Shown here piece after piece: positions 30,883 through 41,570 of a stretch of 64,000 nt of DNA; the first letter of the stretch is position 1; each line of letters starts with the position of its first letter. Both the position numbers and the translations under genes were made by a program. The stretch is taken from NCBI GenBank assembly GCA_963792585.1, contig CAWBWI010000001.1, positions 672,001-736,000 on the forward strand, given 5' to 3'. Source of the stretch: Candidatus Eiseniibacteriota bacterium. Lineage in GTDB: Bacteria; Eisenbacteria; RBG-16-71-46; CAIMUX01; VGJL01. The notes under the pieces were generated by a model. The model searched no databases and had not been told where the DNA came from. It worked only from the letters and a program-made list of their open reading frames with translations.

Positions 30883-31776
30883 TCAGGAGAGCGAGAACCC
30901 CACGGGCTGGATCTCGAGGGCGAGGTCGACGCCGGCGGTCTCGCGCACGCGCGCGCGCACCGCTTCGATGAGCGCGACGACTTCGCGGGCTGTCCCACCC
31001 CCTTCGTTGATGATGTAGTTCGCGTGAAGCGTGCTGACGACCGCCGCGCCGCGGCGCATCCCTTTGCATCCCGCCGCCTCGATCAATCGGCCCGCCGACG
31101 TGCCGGGGGGATTGCGGAAGACCGAGCCGCAGGAAGCGCCGATCGGAGTCTTCGCGCGTCGCTCTGCGGAGATGCGCGCAATCTCGGACACCAGGATGAC
31201 GGGATCGCCCTTCTCCAGGCGGAATCGCGCGGCGACGACCGCGGGACCGGCGGGATCGCGTCCCTTCAAGCAGGATGCGCGATAGGCGTATTCCATCCGC
31301 GCGGGCGCCCAGGTCTCGCGCGTGCCGTCGGATTGAACGATCTCGACGTCGATCAGCCTTGATGCGATATCGCCGCCGTAGGCGCCTGCATTCCCGATGA
31401 CTGCGCCGGCGACCGTCCCGGGGATTCCCTCCGCCCAGACAAGACCGGACCACCCCGCGCGGGCCGTCTCCCGCGCGAGGCCGGCGAGGGGCATGCGCGC
31501 TTGTGCCCGCACCCAGGCGCCGTCGCCATCGGCCTCGATCGCCCGCGCGCGTCCCGCGTACCGGATCACCATTCCCGGGTAACCCTCATCGGCTACGAGG
31601 ATGTTGCTGCCCCCGCCCAGGAGGAAGACGGGCCAACCCTGCGCGGCCGCCTCTCGGCGCGCTGCGGTCAACTCATCGGGATTGCGCGGCTCGGCAAAAG
31701 CGCGGGAAGGGCCGCCGATCCGCCACGTCGTCAGCGGGGCGAGGGGGACGCCGTTGCGGATCGAGATCTCGTTCAC
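30883..31776 (-). CDS. murB: UDP-N-acetylmuramate dehydrogenase
   Basis: TTWRIGG, GGGSNIL, GIPGTVAGAVIGNAGAYG, GSVFRNP, HANYIIN. Confidence 0.95.
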   Translation of the reverse strand: MNEISIRNGVPLAPLTTWRIGGPSRAFAEPRNPDELTAARREAAAQGWPVFLLGGGSNILVADEGYPGMVIRYAGRARAIEADGDGAWVRAQARMPLAGLARETARAGWSGLVWAEGIPGTVAGAVIGNAGAYGGDIASRLIDVEIVQSDGTRETWAPARMEYAYRASCLKGRDPAGPAVVAARFRLEKGDPVILVSEIARISAERRAKTPIGASCGSVFRNPPGTSAGRLIEAAGCKGMRRGAAVVSTLHANYIINEGGGTAREVVALIEAVRARVRETAGVDLALEIQPVGFSLS

Positions 31777-32732
31777 CGCTCTTCTTCCGGCGCGTCCTGA
31801 ACGGCAGGCAACGCCTCCGGCTTCGGCGGCGCGGGAATGACGAGTGAGGCGAAGACGGAGGCGCCGAGCAGCGTGGCCACGATGGCGAGCGAGATGCCGA
31901 CCGGAACCTCTACGAAGTGGCTCGTGGCCATCTTCAGACCGACGAAACAGAGAACGAACGCCAGACCGTAGCGCAGGAACCGGAGGCGATCGACGAGGGC
32001 GACGAAGAGGAAGTAGAAGGAACGCAGCCCCAGAATGGCGCAGATGTTGGAGCTGAAGACGATGAACGGCTTCTGTGTGATCGCGAGCACTGCCGGGATC
32101 GAGTCGAGGGCGAAGACGATGTCGGTCGTCTCGACGGCGATCAGGACCGCCATCATCGGCGTGGCCAGCAGGCGGCCTTCGCGACGGCTGAAGAACCGGG
32201 CGCCGTCATAGCTCTTGAGCATCGGCACGGCCCGCCGGAAGAGTCGAAGCATGCGATTCTGCTCGGGATCGACGGCCACCTCGTCGCTGCGCAAGATCTG
32301 GATCCCGCCCCAGATCAAGACTGCGCCCAGGACATACACCAGCCAGTGGAACATCTGCAGGAGAACGATACCGCCGAAGATGAAAGCGGCGCGTAGGACG
32401 ACGGCTCCGACGATGCCCCAGAAGAGGACGCGGTGTTGATAGGCGGCGGGCACCTTGAAATAGGTGAAGATCAACAGGAATACGAAGATATTGTCGACGC
32501 TCAAGGAGAGCTCGATGATGTAGCCCGTCGCGAACTCGAGCGCGGCCTGGCGGCCGTGAACCTCGAGCACCATGACGGCGATGACGACGGCGATGCCGAC
32601 CCACACGGCGGACCAGAGTGCCGCCTCGCGCGGGGCGATCGCCCGAGCCTTGCGCTGGATGATCCCGAGATCGATGACGAGTGCGCAGAGGGAGATTGCC
32701 GAGAATGCCACCCAAAGGAATGTTTCCGACAC
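31773..32732 (-). CDS. TerC/Alx-family membrane protein
   Basis: ELSLSVDNIFVF, YQHRVLFWGI, DIVFALDSIPAV, SNICAILGLR. Confidence 0.93.
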   Translation of the reverse strand: MSETFLWVAFSAISLCALVIDLGIIQRKARAIAPREAALWSAVWVGIAVVIAVMVLEVHGRQAALEFATGYIIELSLSVDNIFVFLLIFTYFKVPAAYQHRVLFWGIVGAVVLRAAFIFGGIVLLQMFHWLVYVLGAVLIWGGIQILRSDEVAVDPEQNRMLRLFRRAVPMLKSYDGARFFSRREGRLLATPMMAVLIAVETTDIVFALDSIPAVLAITQKPFIVFSSNICAILGLRSFYFLFVALVDRLRFLRYGLAFVLCFVGLKMATSHFVEVPVGISLAIVATLLGASVFASLVIPAPPKPEALPAVQDAPEEER

Positions 32733-32810
32733 GCCGACTCCTTCCGAAACCTGTCAATTCCGTGGGAGGTTATCATGCGCATGGCCGCGCCGAAACCGGG
32801 GGGATGGGTG

Positions 32811-32894
32811 TGCCGGAGGTGGGACTTGAACCCACACGAGGTTTCCCTCACGGGATTTTGAGTCCCGCGCGTCTGCCAATTTCACCACTCCGGC
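32811..32894 (-). tRNA. tRNA-Leu (CAA)
   Basis: GCCGGAG/CTCCGGC acceptor stem, loop CTCAAAA, long variable arm; CCA not encoded. Confidence 0.95.
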
Positions 32895-32961
32895 ACCGTC
32901 GGCGGACTGCAGCGTTCAGGATACACACGAAGGCGGGGGGACGGGCAAGAGGCTTTTGACG

Positions 32962-32991
32962 TTGACACCTTCGAGCCGCCGCCGATACGAT
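32962..32991 (+). promoter_or_regulatory. putative sigma70 promoter of tRNA-Ala
   Basis: TTGACA-N18-TACGAT. Confidence 0.55.
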
Positions 32992-33030
32992 CGCGAACGG
33001 ATTGATGACCCACGGGTCATGGGTTCCAGC

Positions 33031-33103
33031 GGGGCTGTAGCTCAGTTGGGAGAGCGCTTGACTGGCAGTCAAGAGGTCGACGGTTCGATCCCGTTCAGCT
33101 CCA
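33031..33103 (+). tRNA. tRNA-Ala (GGC)
   Basis: GGGGCTG/CAGCTCC stem with G3:U70, loop CTGGCAG; CCA not encoded. Confidence 0.96.
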
Positions 33104-33109
33104 AGACAT

Positions 33110-33147
33110 GAAGAAGCCGGGGATGTCCGAACGTCCCCGGCTTCTTC
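33110..33147. terminator. hairpin terminator between convergent tRNA-Ala and clpP
   Basis: 17-bp inverted repeat GAAGAAGCCGGGGATGT-CCGA-ACGTCCCCGGCTTCTTC. Confidence 0.75.
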
Positions 33148-33162
33148 GTGCGCTTCCCGCGC

Positions 33163-33793
33163 CTAGATCTCGTCCCGCCGCGTGATGACCCGATCCACCA
33201 GCCCGTACGCAACCGCCTGAGGAGCCGCCATCCAGAAGTCCCGGTCCGCGTCCTGGGCGACGGTGTCGGCCGGCTTGCCGGTCGCCTCGCTCACGATCCC
33301 GTTGTAGCGATCCCGGAGCCGGATGATCTCGTTCGCCGCGATCTCCAGGTCCGACGCCTGGCCGAAACTGGCCGACGAGGGCTGGTGGAGGAGGTACCGC
33401 GAGTGGGGAAGGCTCAGCCGTTGCCTCCTTCTTCGCCGCAAGGAAGATCAAGATCGCCGCGCTCGCGCATAGCCCCGCGACGATGGTCCGGACGGGGGGG
33501 CGAACGAAGCGCATCATGTCATAGATCCCGAAGCCGGAATCGGCCTCGCCTCCGGGGGAGTTGATCACAACGGTGATCGGCTTCTCGGCGTCGTCCGCCT
33601 CGAGCAACAGCAGGTTCTGGTAGACCCGCTTCGCGAGCTCGGAGGTGATCTCCTCCGAGATCAGGATCGTGCGGGTCTTGAGGAACTTCTCGAGCAGCTT
33701 CGGCTCCTCGTCCTTCTCGGGCGCGGGCTTCTCCTCCTCGGGCTCCTCTTCCTCACCGTCTTCCAGCTGCCAGCGGCGCGTCAATTCCTCCAC
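33163..33793 (-). CDS. clpP: ATP-dependent Clp protease proteolytic subunit (frameshift near 33425)
   Basis: INSPGG and GLCASAA (Ser) in one frame; LLHQP (His) and DRDFWM...YGLVD in another. Confidence 0.9.
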
Positions 33794-33863
33794 GTATTCC
33801 TCCCTTTTGGGTGCTGGCCCCTTCGCGGGGCTCCCTATCCATTCGGCGTTTCGCGGAACGGAC

Positions 33864-34323
33864 TCAAGCCGGATTTGGCGCTCCGCCCGGGGTCGAAGCG
33901 GAGCTCAGATCGACCAACCGGATACCGGCAAGCTCTGCGTACCGGAAGATCCGATCATCGGAATAGAACTCTCCATAGTAGATCGTGCGAATGCCCGAGT
34001 TGGCGATCATCTTGAAGCAGTTCCAGCAGGGACTCGCGGTCGTGTAGATCTCTGCCTCGTCGATTCGAACGCCATTCTTGGCTGCCTGCAGGATCGACGT
34101 TGGTCTCCGCGTGGATCGTCGCCACGCAGTGACCGTTCTCCATCATGTGCCCCGCCTCGTCGCAGTGGGGCATCCCCCGGATCGACCCGTTGTACCCGGT
34201 CGACAAGATCGTCCGGTCCCGGACAATGACGGCTCCCACGTTCTTCCGATCGCAGGTCGATCGCGTGGCGACGACGCGCGCGATCCCCATGAAGTACTCG
34301 TGCCAACTGACGCGGTGATCCAT
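33864..34323 (-). CDS. dCMP deaminase / ComEB family (frameshift near 34098)
   Basis: WHEYFM..RSTC..VGAVIV..GYNG..HAE, then [14 protein letters not shown] in the shifted frame. Confidence 0.88.
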
Positions 34324-34407
34324 GAATCCTCCTGAAGGCGAAGTCTAACACGGCCTACGCGGCCCGGGGGGCGGGGGCTTGGGGCGTTGGCCGTGCCCAG
34401 AAACAGC

Positions 34408-34450
34408 TTGACAACATATCATAACATACTACAAAGTACTGATACGTACA
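34408..34450 (+). promoter_or_regulatory. sigma70-like promoter overlapped by four 10-bp direct repeats
   Basis: TTGACA at 34408; ACAACATATC/ATAACATACT/ACAAAGTACT/GATACGTACA; strong RBS AAGGAGGT follows. Confidence 0.65.
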
Positions 34451-34467
34451 CAAAGGAGGTGAATCCT

Positions 34468-35019
34468 ATGGACGCGTCCCTTCGGGAGACCAACTTCCTG
34501 ACGGCCGCCGAAGTCGCAGCGATCCTGAAGCTGAATCACCAGGTTCTGCTTCGCAAGCTCCAGTCGGGAGAGATCCCCGCCTACAAGATCGGCAAGGACT
34601 GGCGGATCGATGAAACGGAGCTCAAAAGCTGGCTCGACTCGGTCTCGAATCGCCATGCGCCGGTCAAGGGCACCGAGGCCGAGGAAGCCACGATCCGCCG
34701 CAATTTCTTCGACGGCAACCGGCTCAAGACGATCCCCGCCCGTCGGTCGAAGCGGGAAGTGATCCTCAAGATCCTCGCGCTCCGGTTCGAACCGGGACGC
34801 ACCTATCGCGAGACCGAGGTGAACGAGATCCTCAAATCCGCGCACCCCGACTTCTGCACCCTGCGGCGGGAGCTGGTCATGGCCCGTCTCCTGACTCGGG
34901 AGCGGGGGATCTATCGACGAGGAACCGCAGCCGAAGTGGATTCGGCGCGGGAGGCGCTGGAGCCTCGTTCCGCCGATAGCGCGCCAGGTGCACGGAGCGC
35001 CCCTCGCGCGCGTACTTGA
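34468..35019 (+). CDS. excisionase-like HTH (HTH_17) fused to DUF2087-like domain
   Basis: LTAAEVAAILKL...GEIPAYKIGKDWRI, then FF.G.RLKTIPAR..KR..F..GRTY.E.EVN..L...HPDFCTLRRELV. Confidence 0.85.
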   Translation: MDASLRETNFLTAAEVAAILKLNHQVLLRKLQSGEIPAYKIGKDWRIDETELKSWLDSVSNRHAPVKGTEAEEATIRRNFFDGNRLKTIPARRSKREVILKILALRFEPGRTYRETEVNEILKSAHPDFCTLRRELVMARLLTRERGIYRRGTAAEVDSAREALEPRSADSAPGARSAPRART

Positions 35020-35572
35020 GCGCGTAGTTCGTGGCGATCGACTCGAGCGCCCCCGCAGGGAGCTCCATGCGCTCGAAGCAAGAGTGCGCATCGAGGCTCT
35101 CCGTCGCGGACAGAAAGTACGGGGTCACGTCGGTGGCGATCGAGAGCAAACCGTTCGTGGCGATCACGCGCGCGCCGAGGTCGAAGAGGGGAGGGGAGAG
35201 CATCCGCCGCTTCGCGTGCCGCTTCTTCGGCCACGGATCCGGAAAGTAGACGTGCAGGACACCGAGGCTGCCCACCGGTATCCAGCGGGACAGGAGATCG
35301 AACGCATCGGCCCGCGTGAGCAACACGTTCGGCCGGCCGTCTCTCTGGACCCTCGCGACGGCCATCTCGAAGAACTTCCCGGCGCGCTCGACCCCCAGGA
35401 ACCCGACCCCGGGTCGGGCGGCCGCCTCCCGGCGCAGGAACATCCCCTTGCCGGATCCCAGCTCCACCTCGACGGAGTCGACCGGCACCGGGAAGACGTC
35501 GCTCCAGATGAGCGGCGGTACGCGGTCCCGAAGATCGAGCACCCATCGATTGGAGACCTGATTCTCCACCAT
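34877..35572 (-). CDS. trmB: tRNA (guanine-N7)-methyltransferase
   Basis: VELGSGKG, FPDPWPKKRHAKRR, ATD, TNYALK. Confidence 0.92.
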   Translation of the reverse strand: MVENQVSNRWVLDLRDRVPPLIWSDVFPVPVDSVEVELGSGKGMFLRREAAARPGVGFLGVERAGKFFEMAVARVQRDGRPNVLLTRADAFDLLSRWIPVGSLGVLHVYFPDPWPKKRHAKRRMLSPPLFDLGARVIATNGLLSIATDVTPYFLSATESLDAHSCFERMELPAGALESIATNYALKYAREGRSVHLARYRRNEAPAPPAPNPLRLRFLVDRSPAPESGDGP

Positions 35573-35586
35573 CCGGTGTGATCCGC

Positions 35587-36630
35587 CTAGACGGCGACGC
35601 CGAGCTGGGCGAGAAGCGCCTGGGCCGCGGCCATGAAGGCGCGGCCGGGCACGGAATCGGGGGACTGCGCCACGATCGGGTTCCCCAGGTCGCCTCCGAT
35701 CGGAATCCGCGGATCGATGGGGATCTCTCCGAGCAGCGGCACACCCAGGCGATCCGCTTCCCGGCGGCCGCCCCCCGCGCGGAAGATCTCGGTGGTTTCT
35801 CCGCAGTGAGGACAGAGGAACGCGCTCATGTTCTCGATGATCCCGAGGATCGGCACTTTCACCTTCTCGAACATCGCAACGCCCTTCGCCGCGTCGATCA
35901 ACGCCACATCCTGCGGAGTGGTCACGATCACCGCGCCCGACAGGGCCACCCGCTGCGCGATCGAGATCTGGATGTCGCCCGTGCCCGGCGGCAGATCCAT
36001 CACCATGATCTGCGTGGCCTCCCACTCGACGTCGGTCATCATCTGATCGAGCGCTTTCCCGACCATCGGTCCCCGCCAGATCACCGGCGTGTTCCGGTCG
36101 ATCAGGTATCCGATCGACATCGATCGAACGTCGTACCGGGAAAGGGGGACGAGCTTCTCGTTGCGGACGAGCGGCTGCTCGTTCTCCATCCCGAGCATCA
36201 GCGGAACGCTGGGACCGTAGATGTCGCAGTCGAGCAGTCCGACCTTCCCGCCCAGACGGGCGAGCGCGAGCGCCAGATTGACGGCGACGGTCGATTTGCC
36301 GACCCCTCCCTTGCCGCTCGCGATGGCGATCTTGTATGGGATGTCGGCGAGGAGGGTCACGGGGGCCGGCGGGGTCTCGGGCCGGGCCTGGGGGGCGCGC
36401 ACCCGCATCTCGATCTCGACCGGGAAATCGAGCGTTCCCAGGGCCGCGCGGGCGTCCCGTTCGATGGCCGCGCCCGCCTCGGGCTGGTTCGTCGACATCT
36501 CGATGCGAACGACGGCCCCGCCATCCGCCTCGCGGACGTCCTTCACGTAGCCCAGCGCGACGATGTCCCGATCGATCCCGGGGAATCGAACTCCACGCAG
36601 CGCCTCCAGGATCCTCTCGGCCTGACTCAT
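35587..36630 (-). CDS. mrp: Mrp/NBP35 (ApbC) Fe-S carrier ATPase
   Basis: [40 protein letters not shown]. Confidence 0.93.
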   Translation of the reverse strand: MSQAERILEALRGVRFPGIDRDIVALGYVKDVREADGGAVVRIEMSTNQPEAGAAIERDARAALGTLDFPVEIEMRVRAPQARPETPPAPVTLLADIPYKIAIASGKGGVGKSTVAVNLALALARLGGKVGLLDCDIYGPSVPLMLGMENEQPLVRNEKLVPLSRYDVRSMSIGYLIDRNTPVIWRGPMVGKALDQMMTDVEWEATQIMVMDLPPGTGDIQISIAQRVALSGAVIVTTPQDVALIDAAKGVAMFEKVKVPILGIIENMSAFLCPHCGETTEIFRAGGGRREADRLGVPLLGEIPIDPRIPIGGDLGNPIVAQSPDSVPGRAFMAAAQALLAQLGVAV

Positions 36631-36750
36631 TCGTCCTCCTTCAACGCACAAACAGAAACGGTGCGACCGATCTCGGCCGCGAACCCCGCAGTATAGCCGC
36701 CCTGATCGCATGCCGAAAAGCAGAGTGATGCCGTCGGACGCGCGCCCTTC

Positions 36751-36779
36751 TTGCCAGGAAACTGCTGCGGTGCTATACC
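36751..36779 (+). promoter_or_regulatory. putative sigma70 promoter upstream of maeB
   Basis: TTGCCA-N17-TATACC with TG extension. Confidence 0.5.
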
Positions 36780-37009
36780 ATCGGTCGGAGAGGACGGGGC
36801 CTCGGGAGGCCCCTGTGGAAGGGAGTGTGGAGAGTGGTCGGGCCTCTGGCCGCCCCTGATGTCCGCCCGGACGCGGCGTCCTCCGCCGCGTCGGTGATCT
36901 CGTACCCGCAACCCTCCCCCCGTCCGGCACCGATTCGGCCGCGCCTCCTGCTAGCCATGCCGCGGCCCGCGCGCAGCCCATCCACCCGCCCCGAAGGAGG
37001 ATTCGCTCG

Positions 37010-39277
37010 ATGAGTCTCAAAGAAGATTCCCTGCTCTACCACTCCGGAAGCCGGCCGGGAAAGATCGAGGTCGTCTCGACGAAACCGTGCGTTACGCAGC
37101 GCGACCTATCGCTGGCCTATACGCCCGGAGTCGCCGACCCGTGCCTCGAGATCGCGAAGAACCCCGAGGACGCCTACAAGTACACGACCCGCGGCAATCT
37201 CGTCGCCGTCGTCAGCAATGGAACGGCGGTCCTGGGCCTCGGCAATATCGGCGCCCTCGCCGGCAAGCCCGTGATGGAGGGCAAGGGGGTCCTCTTCAAG
37301 AGATTCGCGGATATCGATGTCTTCGACATCGAGGTGGCTACCGAGAATCCGGAGGAGGTCATCAAGGTCTGTCAACTTCTCGAACCGACGTTCGGCGGGA
37401 TCAACCTGGAGGACATCAAGGCGCCTGAGTGCTTCTACATCGAGGAGACCCTGAAGAAGACGATGGGTATCCCGGTCTTCCACGACGACCAGCACGGAAC
37501 GGCGATCATCTCCGGCGCGGCATTGCTGAACTCCCTCGAGGTGACGGGCAAGAAGATCGAGGAGCTCCGCGTGGTGGTGAGCGGGGCCGGCGCCTCGGGA
37601 ATCGCCTGCTCCAAGTTCTACGTTTCGCTCGGGGTGAAGCGTGAGAACCTGATCATGCTCGACACCAAGGGGGTGATCTACAAGGGGCGGACCGAGGGGA
37701 TGAACCCTTACAAGGAGCAGTTCGCCCGGGACACGAAGTGTCGCACGCTCGCCGACGCGCTCAAGGACGCCGACCTCTTCCTCGGTCTTTCCGGCCCCAA
37801 TCTACTGAAGCCCGAGTGGCTCAAGACTATGGCGAAGGATCCGGTGGTCTTCGCGATGGCGAATCCCAACCCCGAGATCACCTATCCGGAGGCGGTCGCC
37901 GCGCGAAAAGACGTGATCATGGCCACGGGACGCAGCGACTATCCGAACCAGGTGAACAACGTCCTCGGCTTCCCCTTCATCTTCCGGGGCGCGCTCGACT
38001 GCCGCGCCACGACCATCAACGAAGAGATGAAGCGGGCCGCGGCCCACGCCCTTGCGTCTCTGGCGAAAGAAGATGTGCCCGACAAGGTGTCGCGCGCCTA
38101 TGAAGATCAACACTTCACGTTCGGCCGCGAGTACTTGATCCCAAAGCCCTTCGACCACCGTGTTCTCCTCTGGGAGGCGGCGGCAGTGGCGCGGGCCGCG
38201 ATGGAAACCGGCGTCGCGCAGCACCCGCTCGATCTCGAGGAGTACAAGTACAGGCTCGAGCGCCTGCTCGGTCGCAGCCGGGGTCTCATGCGCAGCATCA
38301 TCAACAGAGCGCGCCGGACTCCGAAGCGGATCGTCTATGCCGAGGGGGAGAACGAGCGGATCATCCGCGCCACGGTCATGGTGCGGGAAGAGCGCCTCGC
38401 AAAGCCCATCCTCCTGGGCCGCACCTCGCAGATCAAGGCGATATGCCAGAAACTCTCCCTCGACCTCGGCCAGACCGAGATCGTCGATATCGAGCACGAC
38501 TCGCGCCTCGATTCCTATGTGGACGAGTACTACAAGCTCCGACACCGGAAGGGGATCACGATCGAAGGGGCCAGAAACGCGATGACGAACCCCAACGTCT
38601 TCGCCTCGATGATGGTTCACATGGGGGACGCCGACGGTCTCGTTTCCGGGATTGCCCATCGGTATCCCGACACGATTCGCCCCGCGCTCCAGATCATCAA
38701 GATGCGGGATGGGGTCCACAAGGTTGCGGGCATGGAAGTGATCGTGGTGAGGAATCGGGTCTTCTTCTTCGCGGACCCAGTGGTGAACATCAATCCAACC
38801 GCCGTCGAGCTTGCGGAGATCGCCCTCATGGCCGCAGAAGTGGCGCGCGAGTTCGGTTTCGAACCGCGGGTCGCGCTGCTCTCCTATTCGAACTTCGGGA
38901 CGAGCAATGACGCGAACACGGCGAAACTGCAGGAGGCGCTGCGCATCCTGCGTGAGAAGGCTCCGGACCTCATCGCCGACGGCGAGATGCAGGCCGACAC
39001 GGCGGTCACGCCCGGAATCATCGACCGGCTCTTCCCGTTCAGCCCGTTGAAGGGGGAGGAGGCGAACGTCCTGATCTTCCCGGATCTCGACGCTGCGAAC
39101 ATCTCCTACAAGCTCCTACAGCGTATCGGCGGGGCGGAGGTCATCGGACCGATCCTGATGGGGATGTCGAAACCGGTGCAGCTCCTTCAGCCGCAATCGG
39201 AAGACAACGACATCGTCAACGCGACGGCGATCGCCGTCGCGGAGAGCGCCCTCGGCGACCGGGGATCTCTCATGTAG
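37010..39277 (+). CDS. maeB: NADP-dependent malic enzyme with PTA-like domain
   Basis: [37 protein letters not shown]-terminal phosphotransacetylase-like domain (DGEMQAD). Confidence 0.96.
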   Translation: MSLKEDSLLYHSGSRPGKIEVVSTKPCVTQRDLSLAYTPGVADPCLEIAKNPEDAYKYTTRGNLVAVVSNGTAVLGLGNIGALAGKPVMEGKGVLFKRFADIDVFDIEVATENPEEVIKVCQLLEPTFGGINLEDIKAPECFYIEETLKKTMGIPVFHDDQHGTAIISGAALLNSLEVTGKKIEELRVVVSGAGASGIACSKFYVSLGVKRENLIMLDTKGVIYKGRTEGMNPYKEQFARDTKCRTLADALKDADLFLGLSGPNLLKPEWLKTMAKDPVVFAMANPNPEITYPEAVAARKDVIMATGRSDYPNQVNNVLGFPFIFRGALDCRATTINEEMKRAAAHALASLAKEDVPDKVSRAYEDQHFTFGREYLIPKPFDHRVLLWEAAAVARAAMETGVAQHPLDLEEYKYRLERLLGRSRGLMRSIINRARRTPKRIVYAEGENERIIRATVMVREERLAKPILLGRTSQIKAICQKLSLDLGQTEIVDIEHDSRLDSYVDEYYKLRHRKGITIEGARNAMTNPNVFASMMVHMGDADGLVSGIAHRYPDTIRPALQIIKMRDGVHKVAGMEVIVVRNRVFFFADPVVNINPTAVELAEIALMAAEVAREFGFEPRVALLSYSNFGTSNDANTAKLQEALRILREKAPDLIADGEMQADTAVTPGIIDRLFPFSPLKGEEANVLIFPDLDAANISYKLLQRIGGAEVIGPILMGMSKPVQLLQPQSEDNDIVNATAIAVAESALGDRGSLM

Positions 39278-39345
39278 GAGAGCGGACGTTGCACTGTGTG
39301 TGAGCGGGCGGTCCTGCACGACAACGTGGGGGACCGCTCGCCGTA

Positions 39346-40326
39346 TCAGGCCCGCGGGAACTCGGGCGAGCCGCCGGGCCGCCGAGCGATGGCGAGCTTC
39401 GCGTCCTCGGCGTATTCGGGGGGCACGCAGACGCGAACCTCGCCGAGCCCGTCCATCGTGAGGCCCATGACGGGGCCCGCGCTCTCGTAATCGAGATCGA
39501 CCGGGAAACCTTCTGCCTCGAGGTATCCCTTGACGATCTCCGCCTCCGCCATGCCCGATGCCCTGTAGACGACTTCCATGCCTTCCATCGCCGTTCCTTC
39601 CACCTCGAGGAGTGCCTCGAGGAAACGCCGCCGCGCCGCTGCGGCGTGCGGGTTGCGTCTCTCGATGTCGATGAACAGCTGGAGCGAATCCCCCGTGACA
39701 TATCGGAGGATCTCGAGGAGTCGCGTGTACCCGGTCGTTGCGAGGGGACGGGGGGATGCCCCGAGCCGCTCGAGCGCACGCCCGATCCACATCACGAGCG
39801 CCTGCGTCTCCGCGATCTCCCGGTCGTGCGCATCCGGCGTCATCACGATCGTTTCGAGCCCCAGACGCTCGAGGAATCGACGGGTGAGGCGGGGCCTCCC
39901 CCCGCGCAGCGGGCAGATGACGATCGTGTGGCCCACGAGCCCGCCTGACGCGCTGTCGGGGCCGAATAGGGGATGCGTGGCCATGCAGTCGATTTCCGCG
40001 GGAACCTCCTCGAGGAGGATGGCCGCCGGCTCCACCTTCACGCTGCAGGTGTCGATCACGACGGTCGGGGGACGAAGGTGGGGCGCGAGATCACGCACGC
40101 ACTCTCGCAGCCGACCGATGGGGGGCGAGAGAACCACGTGGCGCGCACGGGCAGCTTGGCGGTGCGAGACCAACTCCACGTCAAGCTCCGTGGCATCCGC
40201 GCGCACGTCGCGGGCATCGCAGACGACTGTTTTCCCGTGATTGCGCAGGGTGGCGGCCGCGAGACGTCCGAAGCGTCCCAGGCCGACCACGGCGAACTCG
40301 GGTCGACTCAGCTCTGCCGTACCCAC
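39346..40326 (-). CDS. prephenate/arogenate dehydrogenase (TyrA-like) in frame with a C-terminal DUF2007-like domain
   Basis: GLGRFG Rossmann motif, DTCSVK, THPLFGP, HDR..A.TQ; then AEIVKGYLEAEG...GEVRVCVP; GTG start preceded by GGAG. Confidence 0.8.
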   Translation of the reverse strand: MGTAELSRPEFAVVGLGRFGRLAAATLRNHGKTVVCDARDVRADATELDVELVSHRQAARARHVVLSPPIGRLRECVRDLAPHLRPPTVVIDTCSVKVEPAAILLEEVPAEIDCMATHPLFGPDSASGGLVGHTIVICPLRGGRPRLTRRFLERLGLETIVMTPDAHDREIAETQALVMWIGRALERLGASPRPLATTGYTRLLEILRYVTGDSLQLFIDIERRNPHAAAARRRFLEALLEVEGTAMEGMEVVYRASGMAEAEIVKGYLEAEGFPVDLDYESAGPVMGLTMDGLGEVRVCVPPEYAEDAKLAIARRPGGSPEFPRA

Positions 40327-41570
40327 CGCAGGATCTCCGGCAGGGTCGCCCGCTTGCCGTACATCAGGATCCCCACCCGGAAGATGCGGGCCGCCACGGC
40401 CGCGAACCCGATGATCGACAGCACCAGAATTCCCAGCGAGGTGGCGATTTGCCAGACAGGGGGCGTGTGGAGGTTGATGCGGACCAGCATGATGATCGGG
40501 GAGAAGAAGGGGATCATCGAGTAGACGACGCTCATCGTGCCATCCGGATCGCGCAGGACCTGCATCATCAGGATGATCGGTATGACGATCAACATCGTGA
40601 CCGGCCACTGCATCTGCTGAGCCTCCTGGTCCGTGGTGACCATCGCTCCGACGGCCGCATAGATTGCCGCGTAGAGCAGGAAGCCGAGCACGAAGTAGAT
40701 CACGAAGAAGCCGATGGTCAGGGGCGCCAGGGCGGCTACGTCGGCGAGGGCGGGAGTGGTGGCCTTGAGGTACGCGGCCCCGCCGATGGCGACCACCGCC
40801 CAGACCGCGTACTGGGTCAGGCCGACGCCGCCGACGCCGAGAATCTTGCCGAGCATCAGCTGGAAGGGCTTCGTAGTGGACAGAAGGATCTCCACGATGC
40901 GGGAGGTCTTGTCCTCGAGGACGCTCCGCTGCACCGCCATGCCGTAGAGCAGGACGGTCATGTAGATGATCATCGCGAAGACATAGGAGGTGATGAAGTC
41001 AGACTCGATCCCTCCCTCGCGCGCCCCCTCCTCGGTCAGCTTGAAGAGCTTGAAGGAGACCGCCTTGGAAATCGCCTTGGTCTCGTCGACCGAGATCCCG
41101 CGCACTTCGAGACGGCTCATCATGGCGGCACGCGACAGAGCGTCCCGAAAGCGACCCAGCATCTCCATGTCGCTCGCCCCCCGCGCGAAGACCTCCGCCG
41201 TACCGCCCTCGAGCGCGTCGGCCGGAATCCACAGAAGTCCCGTGTAGCTTCCCGCCAGCACTTGTTTCTGGAGCTCCTCGCGCGACCGGGCCACGCCTGC
41301 GTCCATCGGTTGCTGCCACTCGAACGTGAACCTGCGACTGCCGTCGGGCATCGTGTCGGGGAGGACACTCTCGAGCTTTCCCCCGAGGACTCCGGTCCCG
41401 TCGACCGCCAGCATGTGCATCGGCCGGCCGGTCGAGCGGGACGCCAGCCAGATCGGGACGAACGTCACCCCGAGCATGAAGACCGGAACCAGGATCGTGC
41501 TGATGAGGAAGGAGCGTTGCCGGACGCGCTCGAAGTACTCGCGCTTGAGAATGGTTCCCGTGCTGTTCAT
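40308..41570 (-). CDS. ABC-2 type exporter permease (NatB-like)
   Basis: EDKTSRIVEILLS, GKILGVG, FVLGFLLYAAIYAAVGA, IFRVGILMYGK. Confidence 0.9.
   Translation of the reverse strand: MNSTGTILKREYFERVRQRSFLISTILVPVFMLGVTFVPIWLASRSTGRPMHMLAVDGTGVLGGKLESVLPDTMPDGSRRFTFEWQQPMDAGVARSREELQKQVLAGSYTGLLWIPADALEGGTAEVFARGASDMEMLGRFRDALSRAAMMSRLEVRGISVDETKAISKAVSFKLFKLTEEGAREGGIESDFITSYVFAMIIYMTVLLYGMAVQRSVLEDKTSRIVEILLSTTKPFQLMLGKILGVGGVGLTQYAVWAVVAIGGAAYLKATTPALADVAALAPLTIGFFVIYFVLGFLLYAAIYAAVGAMVTTDQEAQQMQWPVTMLIVIPIILMMQVLRDPDGTMSVVYSMIPFFSPIIMLVRINLHTPPVWQIATSLGILVLSIIGFAAVAARIFRVGILMYGKRATLPEILRWVRQS

Noticed and set aside
32733..32810. yybP-ykoY (Mn) riboswitch upstream of the TerC gene
   Set aside because: The spacer is short and I could not find the motif's conserved elements.
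32811..35019. Integrated element at tRNA-Leu/Ala with an excisionase
   Set aside because: No integrase, att duplication or cargo; the Xis-like HTH is fused to DUF2087 and flanked by housekeeping genes.
34877..35019. 143-bp convergent overlap of trmB and the HTH-DUF2087 gene as a functional feature
   Set aside because: Both tails are low-complexity extensions beyond the conserved domains; likely stop-codon drift or an indel error.
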